A stretch of DNA of 64,000 nt from Eledone cirrhosa (GCA_964016885.1 OZ024753.1:25668001-25732000), one strand, 5' to 3'. Counted from the first letter of the stretch, positions 1 through 12,960 are shown. Numbers and translations: made by a program. Notes: generated from the letters alone by a model not told the origin.

Positions 1-1905
1 TGTAATGGTGGCTGTAATGGTGGCTGTAATGGTGGCTGTAATGGTGGCTGTAATGGTGGCTGTAATGGTGGCTGTAATGGTGGCTGTAATGGTGGCTCTA
101 ATAGTGGCTGTAATGGTGGCTGTAATGGTGGCTGTAATGGTGGCTGTAATGGTGGCTGTAATGGTGGCTGTAATGGTGGCTGTAATGGTGGCTGTAATGG
201 GGGCTGTAATGGTGGCTGTAATGGTGGCTGTAATGGTGGCTGTAATGGTGGCTCTAATAGTGGCTGTAATGGTGGCTGTAATGGTGGCTGTAATGGTGGC
301 TGTAATGGTGGCTGTAATGGTGGCTGTAATGGTGGCTGTAATGGTGGCTGTAATGGTCACTGTAATGGTGGCTGTAATGGTGGCTCTAATGGTGGCTGTA
401 ATGGTGGCTGTAATGGTGGCTGTAATGGTGGCTGTAATGGTGGCTGTAATGGTGGCTGTAATGGTGGCTGTAATGGTGGCTGTAATGGTCACTGTAATGG
501 TGGCTGTAATGGTGGCTCTAATGGTGGCTGTAATGGTGGCTGTAATGGTGGCTGTAATGGTGGCTGTAATGGTGGTTGTAATGGTGGCTGTAATGGTGGC
601 TGTAATGGTGGCTGTAATGGTGGCTGTAATGGTGGCTGTAATGGTGGCTGTAATGGTGGCTGTAATGGTGGCTGTAATGGTCACTGTAATGGTGGCTGTA
701 ATGGTGGCTCTAATGGTGGCTGTAATGGTGGCTGTAATGGTGGCTGTAATGGGGGCTGTAATGGTCACTGTAATGGTGGCTGTTATGGTGGCTCTAATGG
801 TGGCTGTAATGGTGGCTGTAATGGTGGCTGTAATGGTGGCTGTAATGGTGGCTGTAATGGTGGCTGTAATGGTGGCTCTAATGGTGGCTGTAATAATGGC
901 TGTAATGGTGGCTGTAATGATGGCTGTAATGGTGGTTGTAATGGTGGCTGTAATGGTGGCTGTAATGGTGGCTGTAATGGTGGCTGTAATGGTGGCTGTA
1001 ATGGTGGCTCTAATGGTGGCTGTAATGGTGGCTGTAATGGTGGCTGTAATGGTGGCTGTAATGGTGGCTGTAATGGTGGCTGTAATGGTGGCTGTAATGG
1101 TGGCTGTAATGGTGGCTGTAATGGTGGCTGTAATGGTGGCTGTAATGGTGGCTGTAATGGTGGTTGTAATGGTGGCTGTAATGGTGGCTGTAATGGTGGC
1201 TGTAATGGTGGCTGTAATGGTGGCTGTAATGGTGGCTGTAATGGTGGCTGTAATGGTGGCTGTAATGGGGGCTGTAATGGTGGCTGTAATGGTGGCTGTA
1301 ATGGTGGTTGTAATGGTGGCTGTAATGGTGGCTGTAATGGTGGCTCTAATGGTGGCTGTAATGGTGGCTGTAATGGTGGTTGTAATGGTGGCTGTAATGG
1401 TGGCTGTAATGGTGGCTGTAATGGTGGCTGTAATGGTGGCTCTAATGGTGGCTGTAATGGTGGCTGTAATGGTGGTTGTAATGGTGGCTGTAATGGTGTC
1501 TGTAATGGTGGCTGTAATGGTGGCTGTATGGTGGCTGTAATGGTGGCTGTAATGGTGGCTGTAATGGTGGCTGTAATGGTGGCTGTATGGTGGCTGTAAT
1601 GGTGGCTGTAATGGTGGCTGTAATGGTGGCTGTAATGGTGGCTCTAATGGTGGCTGTAATAATGGCTGTAATGGTGGCTGTAATGGTGGTTGTAATGGTG
1701 GCTGTAATGGTGGCTGTAATGGTGGCTATAATGGTGGCTGTAATGGTGGCTGTAATGGTGGCTGTAATGGTGGTTGTAATGGTGGCTGTAATGGTGCCTG
1801 TAATGGTGGCTGTAATGGTGGCTGTATGGTGGCTGTAATGGTGGCTGTAATAGTGGTTCTAATGGTGGCTGTAATGGTGGCTGCAATGGTGGCTGTAATG
1901 GTGGC
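1..1905. repeat. 12-bp minisatellite (TGTAATGGTGGC)n, about 158 units, truncated by the window start
   Basis: Direct tandem periodicity with recurrent variant units (GGTCAC, CTCTAA, GTTGTA). The MVAV ORFs are artefacts of it. Confidence 0.98.
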
Positions 1906-2199
1906 CAAAGCAAGTTTAAAAGATAAGAAATGAAGTTGAAATTAGATAAAATAGAGAAAAAACATTCGCCCAATATGAAATGGCAATTAAAATGTTTTTA
2001 CAGAACAATTTCGATGTTAATTCAAGTAAGATTCTATTAAATATTTTACTAATTAATACGAAAATAATAATAAAAACATTCTAAAAACCAACAGAATTTT
2101 GAAATTAATGTCACGTGACTGAAAATTTCAGGAACATTCTAAATTAAATATTTATGAGATCTAATTTGTAGAATGATCTCTATCCTATGTGTATTGATA

Positions 2200-2260
2200 T
2201 TCTCTCTCTTTCACTGCTGTCTCTCTCCCTATCTCTCTCACTCTCATTGCTCTCTCACAC

Positions 2261-2333
<73 letters not shown>

Positions 2334-2435
2334 ACTGCTCTCTCACTCTCTCACTGATCTCTCTCTCCCCATCGCTCTCTCTTACTGCTCTGTCACTCTC
2401 CTTATCTCTCTCTCTCACTGCTCTCTATCTCTCAC
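2200..2435. repeat. (CT)n-rich microsatellite
   Basis: Visible CT runs with interruptions. Confidence 0.9.
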
Positions 2436-3199
2436 TATTATATAAAATTGGGGCCTATGCTGCTGCACCCCCCGCGGTCCCGGTGGACGGAATAGAGAAG
2501 GTGTTTCGTCGATAGTGTGTGAGACGCGGGCCATCCCAGGGTGACAGATACGGGTAGCCAACTCTGTGCCAGTGGTGGTGAGGAGGGAGCTGGTCATAGG
2601 GTTAGAACACAAGAAGTCTCCACTGCTAAATTCAAAATTAACTTTACATTTTGTTATATTTTCACAGCTTCCCAGAGCATCAAAAGAAGAGAGCTAACAA
2701 GGGAAGTAATTCATTCCTTCAGGACGGTTGTGGCATTCAGTTAGGGATTGTGTGTGTTAGAACATATTTATGGTGGGTCCAAGAAAGGGAGTGTCTTTTG
2801 GTTCTGTGTATCAACACAAATATTTATAATAGAATTTCGAATAAGTGTTTAATTTTGATCCATAGTTGAGGTTGTTTCAAGCGTAACATTCCAACATATG
2901 TCGTAAGAAGCAGAACAACATATAAATTATTGTTTATTGATTAGTTTCCAAGATTACTACAAAACCAATAGTTTTGGAGGGTGTAAAACATTCATTAAAC
3001 TCACTGACATACTGGTTTAAGGATTTTAATGATCGATTCAAGAAGGAATGAGACCAAGCCTGATACCCATCACCAAGGATTTGAACTCGGATTGAATAAC
3101 AGAAATAACTAAATATGGCGAAACGTTTGGCCCTAGATTCTCATTCTACCAACTGTAATAGCCAGATGTAACGCATGCGCATCACAAATACAAAGCTCA

Positions 3200-3399
3200 C
3201 AAAGACAAGATGGTGTAAAACACACTGAGGAGGTCACAGAATGTGTGACAAAAGAGCTTTGATAATCAACAGAAAAAACCCAGTCAGTTACTAAACTGAC
3301 CGACTGGGAAATCATAATACTAAATTGAAGTGAAACCCATTAGCAGCACGACCTTCTCAAAATATAACAATATCTAGGGCGGGTAAAATTCCCGAGATA
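3200..3399 (+). mobile_element. Solo 3' terminal fragment of the Penelope family seen at 26-29.8 kb, with a degenerate hammerhead
   Basis: Shares ACAAGATGGTGTA, CTGAnGAGGTCACAGAATGTGTGAC, TAAATTGAAGTGAAA and GGCGGGTAAAATTCCCGAGAT with 29398-29820. The HHR GAAA reads AAAA here. Confidence 0.8.
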
Positions 3400-6300
3400 C
3401 ATGGATGAGTTCTCTCCAGCAGTTTCTATCCCTCATCATCGCCGCTATGTCGTGCGTCTCCAAGAGACCTGCGTCTGTCCTTACGTCATCAACATATGTC
3501 AACCTCGGTCTCCCTCTTCTAGTGTGTCCGTGTAGGGGCTCCTACAAGAACACTGAGTTCAGTGTCAACTCTGAATGTCCGTGAGCATGTCCAGCTAACC
3601 TCAATATCCTCTGTGTTACTTTTGAGCTGACTTTTTGGAGGCTCCCGTACAGCTCTGAGTTCTTCATCCTCAGTGTATACTGATTAATGTTCAGAGTCAT
3701 CCTCAGCATTCCCGTGTAGCACCCATCCACCATCTGAGTGAGTTTCTTGGTCAGTGTCCAAGTCTCAGACCCATACAGTAGCACCGACTCCACTGTAGCA
3801 ACGAAGAGACGGATCTTCAGGTCTTTACGAAGGTCCGACTTCCACACCGATCTCAAACTGTGGCACGCTGCCCAGGCTTTGCTCTTCCTCTCAACCATAT
3901 CATCATCTGTGTTCCCAATCTTTGCTCCAAGATACTGGATGTCCTCAACCAATTCTAGCGGCTTCCCGCTTACATTAGTAATCCCCTCTCGCTTCTCAGC
4001 ATTCTCTACCAGATACTTCGTCTTAATCTCATTCATTCTCAGCCCCACACGCATCGACATAATCTCCACCTCCTGCATCAACTCCTCTGCCTCCTTCACT
4101 GTATTTGTCACCAGAACTATGTCGTCAGCAAATTCAGCATCTGATACCTTTTTTGCCTTAACTCTCCCGCTCTGAGCTGATGTTACAGTAAAGCCAGAGT
4201 CCTGGTGTTTCTCCAGTGCAAGGCGCATACAATAGTCCACTGCGATGATAAAAAGGCAGGGAGCCAATGTATCTCCCTGTAGCACTCCAGCTAGTATCTA
4301 AAAGAACTCTGTCATCCCATCAGGTGTAATGACTTGGGCTTTGGTGTTGGTGTAGAGCAGTGATATCAGGTCCACTATCTTCTTAGGGATTCCATAAGCC
4401 TGCAAGATCTTCATGAGGTAGTGACGGTTCACAGAATCATAGGCCTTCCTAAAGTCAATGAAAACCATGACTGGAGGAAGGCTCTTTGCTCTGGCTCCCT
4501 CTAATATCTTCATCAGCATCAGGATATGACTGGTGGTTGATCTTCCCTTTCTGAAGCCGTTCTGGTTGTCCCTGAGCGTCTTCTCCATCTCGGGCTGGAT
4601 CCTGTTAAGAATCATCCTGTTGAGGGTTTTTGCCACAAGAACATCAGTGAATCCCCCTTGTAGTTGTTGGTGTTAGAGAGATCTCCCTTCTTTGGCACTG
4701 GGACGATGTTACTGATCCTCCACTTATTTGGAGCAACCCTTTTCTCCAGTGCCTGGTTACAGAACTCCAGGATGATATCTAAATCACACCTCTTCATCAC
4801 CTCTGATGCCACTCTACTTCTCCATGGGCCTTGCCCACCTTGATCTTCTTCTTGACTTGATCTTCCTCTCTGGTGGAGGGTCCTGTCTCAAAATCCAGTT
4901 CCCCAAACAGCTGTCTGATCTCCCCAGTGTTTTGGTCTGTGGAGGGTTGCTCTCCTAGTAGGGTCCTAAAATGGTCCAGCCATTTCCTCTTCCTATACTC
5001 GGGCCCTGTTCCCTGGATCTGACTCAAACACGCTCTCTTCCTCCCTGTGATCTCGTTAATGATCGTCCAGATCTCTCTACACTTCTGATCTTCTCTATCA
5101 GTGCTTCCTCTCTGGTCTCAGTGTAATTGGTACAGAGTTCTTCCTTCTTCACCTCCATATTCTCCTTCCTCTCCTCCGTAAGATCAGCATGGAATTGGTC
5201 TTTGGCAGTTTTCAGATGTTCTCTGGCTGCACACACTTTTGGGTCTGCAGAACTGACGTGCTTCCTCTTCTTCTCTCTCCTCCGCACCAGGGTCTCATTT
5301 GCTTCCGCCACTGCAGTGGTGAAGTACCCGTACCTCCTCGTCACACTCTCCTCAGTCCCTCCAATCTCACTCTCCTCAGTCCCTCCAATCTCTCTCTCCT
5401 CTCTCTCTCCACACAGAGCACTGAACCTGTTCCTCACTTCTACTCTGAACCTCTCCTGTAGCTTATCATCTTCCTTGAAAGCTCCCCAGTAATAGATTGC
5501 TCTCCGGGGCTGAGCCTTGCTCTTTCTTAAGCTCACCTGAACGTCACTCATAAGAAGTCGGTGGTCACTACCCAGTGTACTGAAATAGTTGTATGGTTCT
5601 GTGTTCAGAACACTATTCCGCCAATTTTTCCTCAACAGAATGAAATCAATCTGGGACTTGGACAGGTGCATATCTGAGATGTAGGTCCACATCTTCCCTG
5701 GATTCTTCCTAAACCTTAGGTTGGCCGCCATCAAGTTCGCCTCCAGCAGGGTGTCTCTCAGTAGTCTTCCATTTCGGTTGGTGTTGTTATGGAAGTACCA
5801 GAAAGGATCTTCACTGCTCTCCTTACTCAGATGTGCATTGAAGTCCCCCAGAACAAGCAGGATGTTGTGAGCTTGTGTGGTGTTGACAGCTCTACACACC
5901 TCCTCATATAATTCCTCTGTACTCACATCACTGTCTCCCTCGGTTGGTCTATAGGCTGAGATGACTGTCAGTCTTGGGTTTCCCTTGAAGGTCAACCTCA
6001 ACACTTGTGGGGAGACATGTATGATTTCCCTCACCAACAGATTGGTTTTTGCGCTGAAAACAAAACCCACTCCTCCTACTGCAGCATTCGCTGTGTTCTT
6101 CACTGCTGATGTGGTGATGAGCTGGCTCCTCTTCCCAATCATCACTCTCTTCACGGGCTCATCATGTAGGATGCTGTGTTCTTGGATCGCAAGTATCTGC
6201 ATACCACACTCCTCGAACAGATGACCCAACTCCTCTCTTTTCTCCAACGTCCGAACAGTTTTCATATTCAGAGTGCCCATGTTAATGGCTCTTCTGCAGG

Positions 6301-6457
6301 ACAAAACTGTATTCTTTATATTTGTCTCAGAGACAGCTGATCCATCATCCACAGGCCCTCCCTGTGGTTCTAAGCCAGCAGAGTCATAACGACCAGACTG
6401 CTCCTTGACAGTGTAGTTAGAGACTCTAACCCTAATGCTGTTAAATCGACTCTCCAT

Positions 6458-6458
<1 letters not shown>
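3400..6458 (-). mobile_element. Near full-length decayed RTE-clade LINE (APE endonuclease + RT), frameshifted
   Basis: APE motifs GTLN, LAIQEH, LGDFNAH, QIDFIL, SDHRLL in ORF 5024-6586. RT motifs QNGFRKGRST, FIDFRKAYDSV, QGDTLAP, FADD and VLLYGSETW are spread over four broken frames. Confidence 0.93.
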
Positions 6459-6529
<71 letters not shown>

Positions 6530-6545
6530 TGACAGTTGGCAGGTG

Positions 6546-6605
6546 AACAGTGAGCTGTACTGATGAAGGTTGAAACCCAGAAACATTAGTGTCTGCAGTT
6601 CTGTT
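6546..6605 (+). ncRNA. Type I hammerhead ribozyme motif (GUC site)
   Basis: Stem I GAGCTGTA/TGCAGTTC, CTGATGA at 6560-6566, imperfect stem II GGT-TGAA-ACC, GAAA, stem III CA-TTAG-TG, then GTC. Confidence 0.7.
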
Positions 6606-6728
6606 TACATGGCAACAAAAGAGCAAGAATCAAGTGTTCATTCTACTGACATGGTTTTAAAAATGACGCTTGTTTGCATAATTTCAAACGAATCGAATGT
6701 TATTATTAATATTCGAAAAACTTACATT

Positions 6729-6794
<66 letters not shown>

Positions 6795-6829
6795 TTTGCA
6801 TATTTGTGTGTCTGTATGTGTGTGTGAAA

Positions 6830-7455
6830 TCATTTCTAAGCTGGCAGCTTACCAGAATAGCATTTGGCTAACATTTCGGAATGCCAGGATTGTAAGAAAT
6901 CGATCAAAACTTGGAGAATTCAACATCTCAGTTGTTAATTTATATCGGCATCGATTCCTGTGGGATAGTAAGGAAACGAAATGTTAAGAGACTAAGGCAT
7001 TCTGGAGAGGAATATGGGAGCAGCATGTTGAACACAATAGTCAGGCAGTGTGGATTGGGACCAACAACCTGATTTGAGTACCACAGCTGAAACTCTTCAG
7101 GCCAAAAAACTAACCAACTAGAAATCACCAGGCCCAGATGGTGTGCAAGGATATTGGATAAACAATATAACATCTCTCCACCCAAAATTGACAGCTATGT
7201 TCAATGACTGCTTGTTTTAATCAAGTTCTAATACGTGTATTGATTGCTATTCAGATTGTAAACAGGGTTGCCATTTTTATCCACAGGTAGAAACCTATTA
7301 ATATCACTTTTTTCCACCTCAAAAGATACTTAACCCGATTTTCTCAACTATTATTTATAGTGATCGACTAATATTGTTAGCATTTGCGGTAGGAGGCACA
7401 CATTTAACATTTTCAAAATCCTTCCAATGTCAAAAGCTTTGTGTATATATGTCAG
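6830..7455 (-). pseudogene. Heavily decayed LINE RT remnant (CR1/L2-like)
   Basis: Minus strand has a KAFD-like motif near 7430-7445. The rest is too degraded to assign firmly. Confidence 0.35.
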
Positions 7456-7767
7456 ACGCTGTCATCCCGGGTGGACCAGCAGTACCGTTGGTAGGGGTCG
7501 AAAATGCCAAAGTCCATCTCAACGGCCGATGACCATGGAGTTCTGTGTCCTTCATTTGAATGTTTATTTAAAAAAAATTAAGGTCGCCCCTTAAAAAATT
7601 GTTTTTCGTTTTATTATATATAAAAATTATAGACCGATATATCTATCTATACCTGTATATCGGTATGTATATATATATACACACACACTATGTATGCATG
7701 TATATATATATATATACACTGTATGCATGTATATATATATATATATATATATATACACTATGTGTGC

Positions 7768-7825
<58 letters not shown>

Positions 7826-8521
7826 TATGTATGCATGTATATATACACTCATACACACACACCTTGACTGATATATATAATACATACATATAATTATGTT
7901 TTTCACAAATACAAGTAGGTATTACAGTATATTTGAAAATGTGTACAAATTTTACTGTGAACAACCGGAAGGCATAAATATCATTTATAACAAAAGAAAA
8001 TTGATATCTTTCAAAATATTTATTGAAATAAAAAACAATAAAAAGAAAAAAAAATTCTCTTTTGGAAATATAAATATCTAAAATTACATTTAGATAAATA
8101 AAATTTACATTAATTTGCCTTGAATGTGATAAAAAATATGCTTTATACCAAGTTTGCAATTTTAAACTGTAGGTGAAAGTGATCAAGTTCTCAGACTCAA
8201 ATCTATCATAAATAGATTTGTTTTCTATTTTCTGTTTTTTTTTTTTTTAAATATGAAACAAAGTCAAAGATAATTTAGTTTCGCTGCTTTTTTTCTTCAA
8301 GAAATAATTTTTGGTTTTTGTTTCGTTGTATTGAACCGAAAAATGTTTCTCAAGGCTTTCTCTTTTGTCTAAATCGATCGCCAAAATCTCAGACCTCATT
8401 ACAGAGTGGGGTAGCAGAACTCATCAATTTGGAAACAGGAAACAAGGTTTTCATTGGGCTTTCCATTGCTGATGCTAACAATCGGTCGTCGCAACTCCTG
8501 AGAGAAAGAGTTTCAATTTCA

Positions 8522-8795
8522 TAATGGTTTCTAGGCATAAGGCCAACACGTTTGGGGAAACTCGATAAAATCAACCCCAGTACATTACTGGTACTTTGTT
8601 TTACCGACCCCGTAAGGATGAAAGCAATACTAACGCTGGCGATAATAATGATGGTATCTGGTTTAGGCACAAAACCAACAATTACGGAAGGGAAAGTCGA
8701 TGAAACTGAACCCAGTTCGTAACTGGTACTATATTTTATCGACCCTCTAAGGATGAAAGGCAAAATTAAACTCGGTGGGACTTGAAATCAGAACA
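8522..8795 (-). mobile_element. Two partial tandem SINE copies
   Basis: Contain the family core ACTGGTAC...CGACCCCGTAAGGATGAAAG. Confidence 0.8.
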
Positions 8796-8798
8796 TAA

Positions 8799-8939
8799 AT
8801 TGTGTTAATTGACTGGTGAAGAGATCAAAGGGGCATGGGGAATTGTAAGCTAGAGACAACCCTACTGTTGCCATAGAATTTGTCTCTAGCTTACAAATCC
8901 CCACCCCATTTGAACTCTTCACCAGTCAATTAACACAAT
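8799..8939. repeat. Imperfect fold-back palindrome, arms about 60 bp, 20-bp spacer
   Basis: ATTGTGTTAATTGACTGGTGAAGAG...GCTAGAGACAA is the reverse complement of TTGTCTCTAGC...CTCTTCACCAGTCAATTAACACAAT. Confidence 0.9.
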
Positions 8940-9184
8940 CAGATACACACACATATTTACAGAATATTTCCTTTACCCTCCAAAACAATTTTGTTCTGTG
9001 AAGAAACAGGACTACCAACACTGCTGCTACTATCACGACTACACACCTCTCTATATACACAAGAACTCATTCTCCAGTCCACTTCTGAGCCAGGAAGATG
9101 AAAGAAAACTTACTCCAACACTTAATTTTAAATCTTTAATTTTTAGTTTTTAATTCCTATTAATTCTTTTAAATTGTAATACTC

Positions 9185-9232
9185 AACATTTGATAAGATG
9201 AATTTTACTAATACATCGAAACCGGTAATGTT
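9185..9232 (+). ncRNA. Minimal type I hammerhead with U3:A8 core variant
   Basis: AACAT-TTGATAA-GATG(13 nt)CATC-GAAA-CCGG-TA-ATGTT. All three stems pair and stem III is palindromic. Confidence 0.7.
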
Positions 9233-9448
9233 TTATGTACTTTATATACATTATAAAACTCTTTTTTAAAAGAATTGTTCCTCTTATTTTTTCAATAATG
9301 TCACTTTGACGAATCAAATAAAATAAAAAAAAATAAAAAGAAAAACTGACCCTTAAATACATTTTCCGTGCTATTTCCAACTTCACCTTTTCTCTATATC
9401 CACTGTTTTTTATAGAACCTTACGTCCCTTTTCTAATATATATATATA

Positions 9449-9622
9449 CGAGGGCAATCCCAAAAGTAAGGTCTCCTTCCGATATTGCAACTTCCGATAA
9501 AATCTGGTAGATGTAGCTTCGGGAAACCCCAGGAACCAAAATGCAGAGAACATCCAGTGTGATCCGCCGATCTTTACGCATGTTTTCCTCGGAAGGAGAC
9601 CTTACTTTTGGGATTGCCCTCT
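9449..9622. mobile_element. Mariner-type MITE with about 34-bp TIRs in TA context; an extra related right TIR lies at 9812-9839
   Basis: CGAGGGCAATCCCAAAAGTAAGGTCTCCTTCCGA at the left end and its reverse complement at the right end, flanked by TA. Confidence 0.85.
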
Positions 9623-10335
9623 ATATAATAACTGCGCGAAATTTACACTTGGCGGTAGCGTTCAAGGGGAGCTCCATTCTCAACGGCTGCAAAGCCAAGA
9701 TTGAGCATCCCAGCGAAGCGCGCGGATGCTTGTTTGGGAGTGAAGGAAGCACCAATCACAACAGTGTTGCCAACAGCCGTACGAACAGTTTCTCTGCGTC
9801 CCCATCGCTTTGGAGAACTTACTTTTGAAATTACCCTCGTATATATAAATATGTGTGTGTGTGAGTGTCTATGTGCACGTGTGTGTGTGTAAGTGTGTGT
9901 CTATGTGCACGTGTGTGTGTGTTCTATCTAATTAAAGCAGGACTTAATTAGATAGCAACCATTTTAGAACTCAAGATAGTGACGATAAAAATATTTCTTC
10001 GAAGCAAAACAAAATTTGTTTTTGTGGAAATTTGGTATTTTATTACATATTGAGTGTTCGGAAACTACAGATTCAGTTTTATAATGTTGAATAATGAAAA
10101 ACATAAGACAAGGTGTAGTTAATTAATCCACTGTTTTACGTTCGTTTTAGAGGGCAATTTGTGGATGTGGGAGCCCACCAATATGCAACTCCATACCATT
10201 AGCCTTAAAATTGTTTCTAATGATAGCCGTGTTTTTTCTTCTAATTTATATATATATATATATACAAACATAAATATATATATACATATATGTTAAGTAT
10301 TTCCAAAGAAAAAGCAATGGAAAAAAGGAGTGCTC

Positions 10336-10430
10336 TATGACAAACGATCTAGACGTATGTTAATACTGTCTAGAGTCCAGAAACCTTTGGAAATGGAGTA
10401 ATTATATATTGTGTTGTTTACTTTCTAAAT
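10336..10430 (+). repeat. Interspersed repeat shared with 33416-33500; degenerate hammerhead 3' half
   Basis: ACGATCTAGACGTATGTTAATACTGTCTAGAGTCCAGAAACCTTTGG aligns with 33423-33470. Confidence 0.6.
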
Positions 10431-10607
10431 ATATATACATATATATAAATATATATAACCAAATAAAGTAATGTATGTATATACAGAGAGAAAGGGCCAT
10501 ATATCGCACAAGAAACACTGGATATTGTATATATACCAAATACATATTCCCCTACAGAGTATGTATTTGGTATACATACAATATATCGTGTTTCTTGTAC
10601 GATATAT

Positions 10608-10704
<97 letters not shown>

Positions 10705-10706
<2 letters not shown>

Positions 10707-10931
10707 AATAATGGAGCTGCGGCGCTGCAAATGGGTTACATATGAAAAAGTTTGTCCTCATCAGTGGCCTTCCAACCGTCGTAGGCATTTCGTCGCAGTA
10801 AAGGCCATATATCTCAGGTTGGTGCGAGCAACGGCTAAAAAAAGTCGTTGGGACACGTAAATAAAGGGGACGCTAGGGTAAACAAACAAAATGGTTTAAG
10901 CAACAGAAAGTGATGAAGAAGAAAGAAACAA

Positions 10932-10935
<4 letters not shown>
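10705..10935 (-). repeat. Interspersed repeat family also present (+) at 48683-49440
   Basis: Shared GGAAGxxCACTGATGA(A)GGAC, TGTAACCCATTTGCA, GTTGCTCGCACCAACC and GTGTCCCAACGACT blocks. Confidence 0.75.
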
Positions 10936-10985
<50 letters not shown>

Positions 10986-10993
<8 letters not shown>

Positions 10994-11181
10994 GTGAGGT
11001 TTTTTTTACAAAATGAAAAATAACCGAGGTGTCCTACACGAGTGAAAGTATAAAGAAAAAGAGATGAAATCGAAAATGCAACTGGAGTCTTATTTTAAAA
11101 AAAAATATATATATTTATTTGGTTCCTTTACCGGTTTCGCAGTTCTGCTTTTCAAAAGGTGAGTTGAGATGGAGGGTCTGT
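10986..11181 (-). mobile_element. TA-embedded copy of the family that forms the 62766-63118 fold-back
   Basis: Near-identical to the reverse complement of 62920-63118. Carries GAAA-CCGG-TA on the minus strand. Confidence 0.85.
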
Positions 11182-11204
11182 ATATATATATATATATATC
11201 TATA

Positions 11205-11322
<118 letters not shown>

Positions 11323-11425
11323 TATAGATAGATATAGATATATCTTAATTTGGTTATCATGGCTCTAGATAATTATTGAGAAAGACAAAATTCTAAACAT
11401 ATTTGATATCTTTTGATTCATTATT

Positions 11426-11459
<34 letters not shown>

Positions 11460-11461
11460 CA

Positions 11462-11676
11462 TAACGAAGGAATTGTGGTAAGGAACCAGATGGACCATAA
11501 CGCACCAGAGTACTCAATACTTAGGGTAGTAGAGTGGGTAATAGGAAAAAGTATGACCCCGACGGCAGAGCTCAAGCCGTTTCGACGGCTATTTCTGGAC
11601 TAAAATTTTTAATTTAGTCCAGAAATAGCCGTCGAAACGGCTTGAGCTGTGCCGTCGGGGTCATACTTTTTCCTAT
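11462..11676 (-). mobile_element. About 215-bp TA-embedded fold-back element with a duplicated hammerhead 3' half
   Basis: Arms 11541-11604 and 11613-11676. Each arm reads GAAA-CGGC(loop)GCCG-TC-GGGGTC. Same family at 33153-33347, 57517-57567 and 60962-60991. Confidence 0.85.
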
Positions 11677-12023
11677 ATATATATCCATCCATACATATAT
11701 ATATATGCACACACACACACACACGCACACACACATATATATATATAAGCCCCAGGTCAGTTCTGTTGGAAGCCAGGTTCCATGCGAGGTGCAGGTCACT
11801 GTTTTATAATTTCATTAACGTTATTTCAGATGTTATTTATGTCTTCCTTTAAATTTCTTCCAGAGGATTTGTACATTTGGAAATTCATTGTTTATTTCCT
11901 TATAAGCTTTCTGGCAATGTTCTATATTGTTTCAATTGTATTATTCTCCTTTGGAATATCTTTACCCTTCAGCTCTCATCATTTTCGCTTTCACTAATTT
12001 ACTAGTGATAACCACCACAACAA

Positions 12024-12054
<31 letters not shown>

Positions 12055-12080
12055 AACAATAATAATAATAATAATAATAA

Positions 12081-12185
12081 TCGTTTCTACTTTTGGCACA
12101 AGGCCAGCAATTACCCAGTGTATTACTGGTACTTTATTTTATCGACCCCATAAGGATGAAAGGCAAAGTTAACCTCGGCGGGATT

Positions 12186-12186
<1 letters not shown>
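12081..12186 (-). mobile_element. 5'-truncated SINE between (AAT)n tracts
   Basis: Matches the 3' half of the SINE at 12772-12960. Confidence 0.85.
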
Positions 12187-12234
<48 letters not shown>

Positions 12235-12253
12235 TAACAATATTATTATTATA

Positions 12254-12750
12254 ATGAGAAGTGGTATGAGTATAAGCCTGAGTCGGTGATAGAAAACGAT
12301 CAGGTGAAGGTGCTGTGGGATTTTAGGATACAGACGGACAAGAAATTAGAACACAATAGGCCTGACCTGGTGGTTTTGGACAAGGAAAAAAGATCGTGCC
12401 TGATTGTGGATGTAGCCTGCCCATTTGACACGAGAGTGCAAGAAAAGGAGAGGAAGAAAATTAACCGTTACCAGGACTTAAAGTGGGAGGTAAAAAGGAT
12501 TTGGAACTGCCATAACATTAGAGTCGTCCCCATTGTCATAGGTGCACTAGGTACTGTCTCAAAGAGTTTCCAAGGATGGTTAAAGAAGATTAGTCCAGCC
12601 CCGCTTTTTGGAACACTTCAAAAGGCATACTTGCTGGGAACAGCAAGAACTCTCCGGTACGTCCTGAATATCTGAGGCTGCAGGTAGTGGCTTGGTATTC
12701 ATTACTTTTCAGTTAAATAACATCAATGACTGAGACTCAAAGAACAATAT
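12254..12750 (+). mobile_element. 3' end of an R4/Dong-like LINE (restriction-like endonuclease domain) in (TAA)n context
   Basis: KVLWDFRIQTD..RPDLVV..IVDVACPFD..KINRYQDL..VVPIVIGALG, a PD-(D/E)xK REL domain. It is flanked by AAT repeats, the known Dong target type. Confidence 0.88.
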
Positions 12751-12771
12751 TATATTATTATTATTATTATT

Positions 12772-12960
12772 GGGCGGTGAATTGGCAGTATCGGTAGAGG
12801 GTTGGACGCCATGCTTTCTAGCATAGTTACGTCCCTTTACAGTCTGAGTTCAAATCCCGCCGAGGTTAACTTTGCCTTTCATCCTTACGGGGTCGATAAA
12901 ATAAAGTACCAGTAATGCACTGAAAATTGCTGGCCTTGTGCCTAACGTAGTAACAATTAT
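12772..12960 (+). mobile_element. Full-length tRNA-type SINE, about 190 bp
   Basis: Box A-like TGGCAGTATCGG, box B GAGTTCAAATCC, central CCGAGGTTAACTTTGCCTTTCATCCTTACGGGGTCGATAAAATAAAGTACCAG, and a (TTA)n tail. Confidence 0.92.

Noticed and set aside
5-1838. 511-aa MVAV ORF and related frames
   Set aside because: They are translations of a stop-free 12-bp minisatellite.
2445-2610. GC-rich island as a possible HDV-like ribozyme or LINE 5' UTR (also 7455-7550 and 36170-36340)
   Set aside because: I could not build the nested double pseudoknot by eye. It needs a covariance-model search.
12772-12860. tRNA gene
   Set aside because: The A/B boxes belong to a SINE head and there is no cloverleaf.
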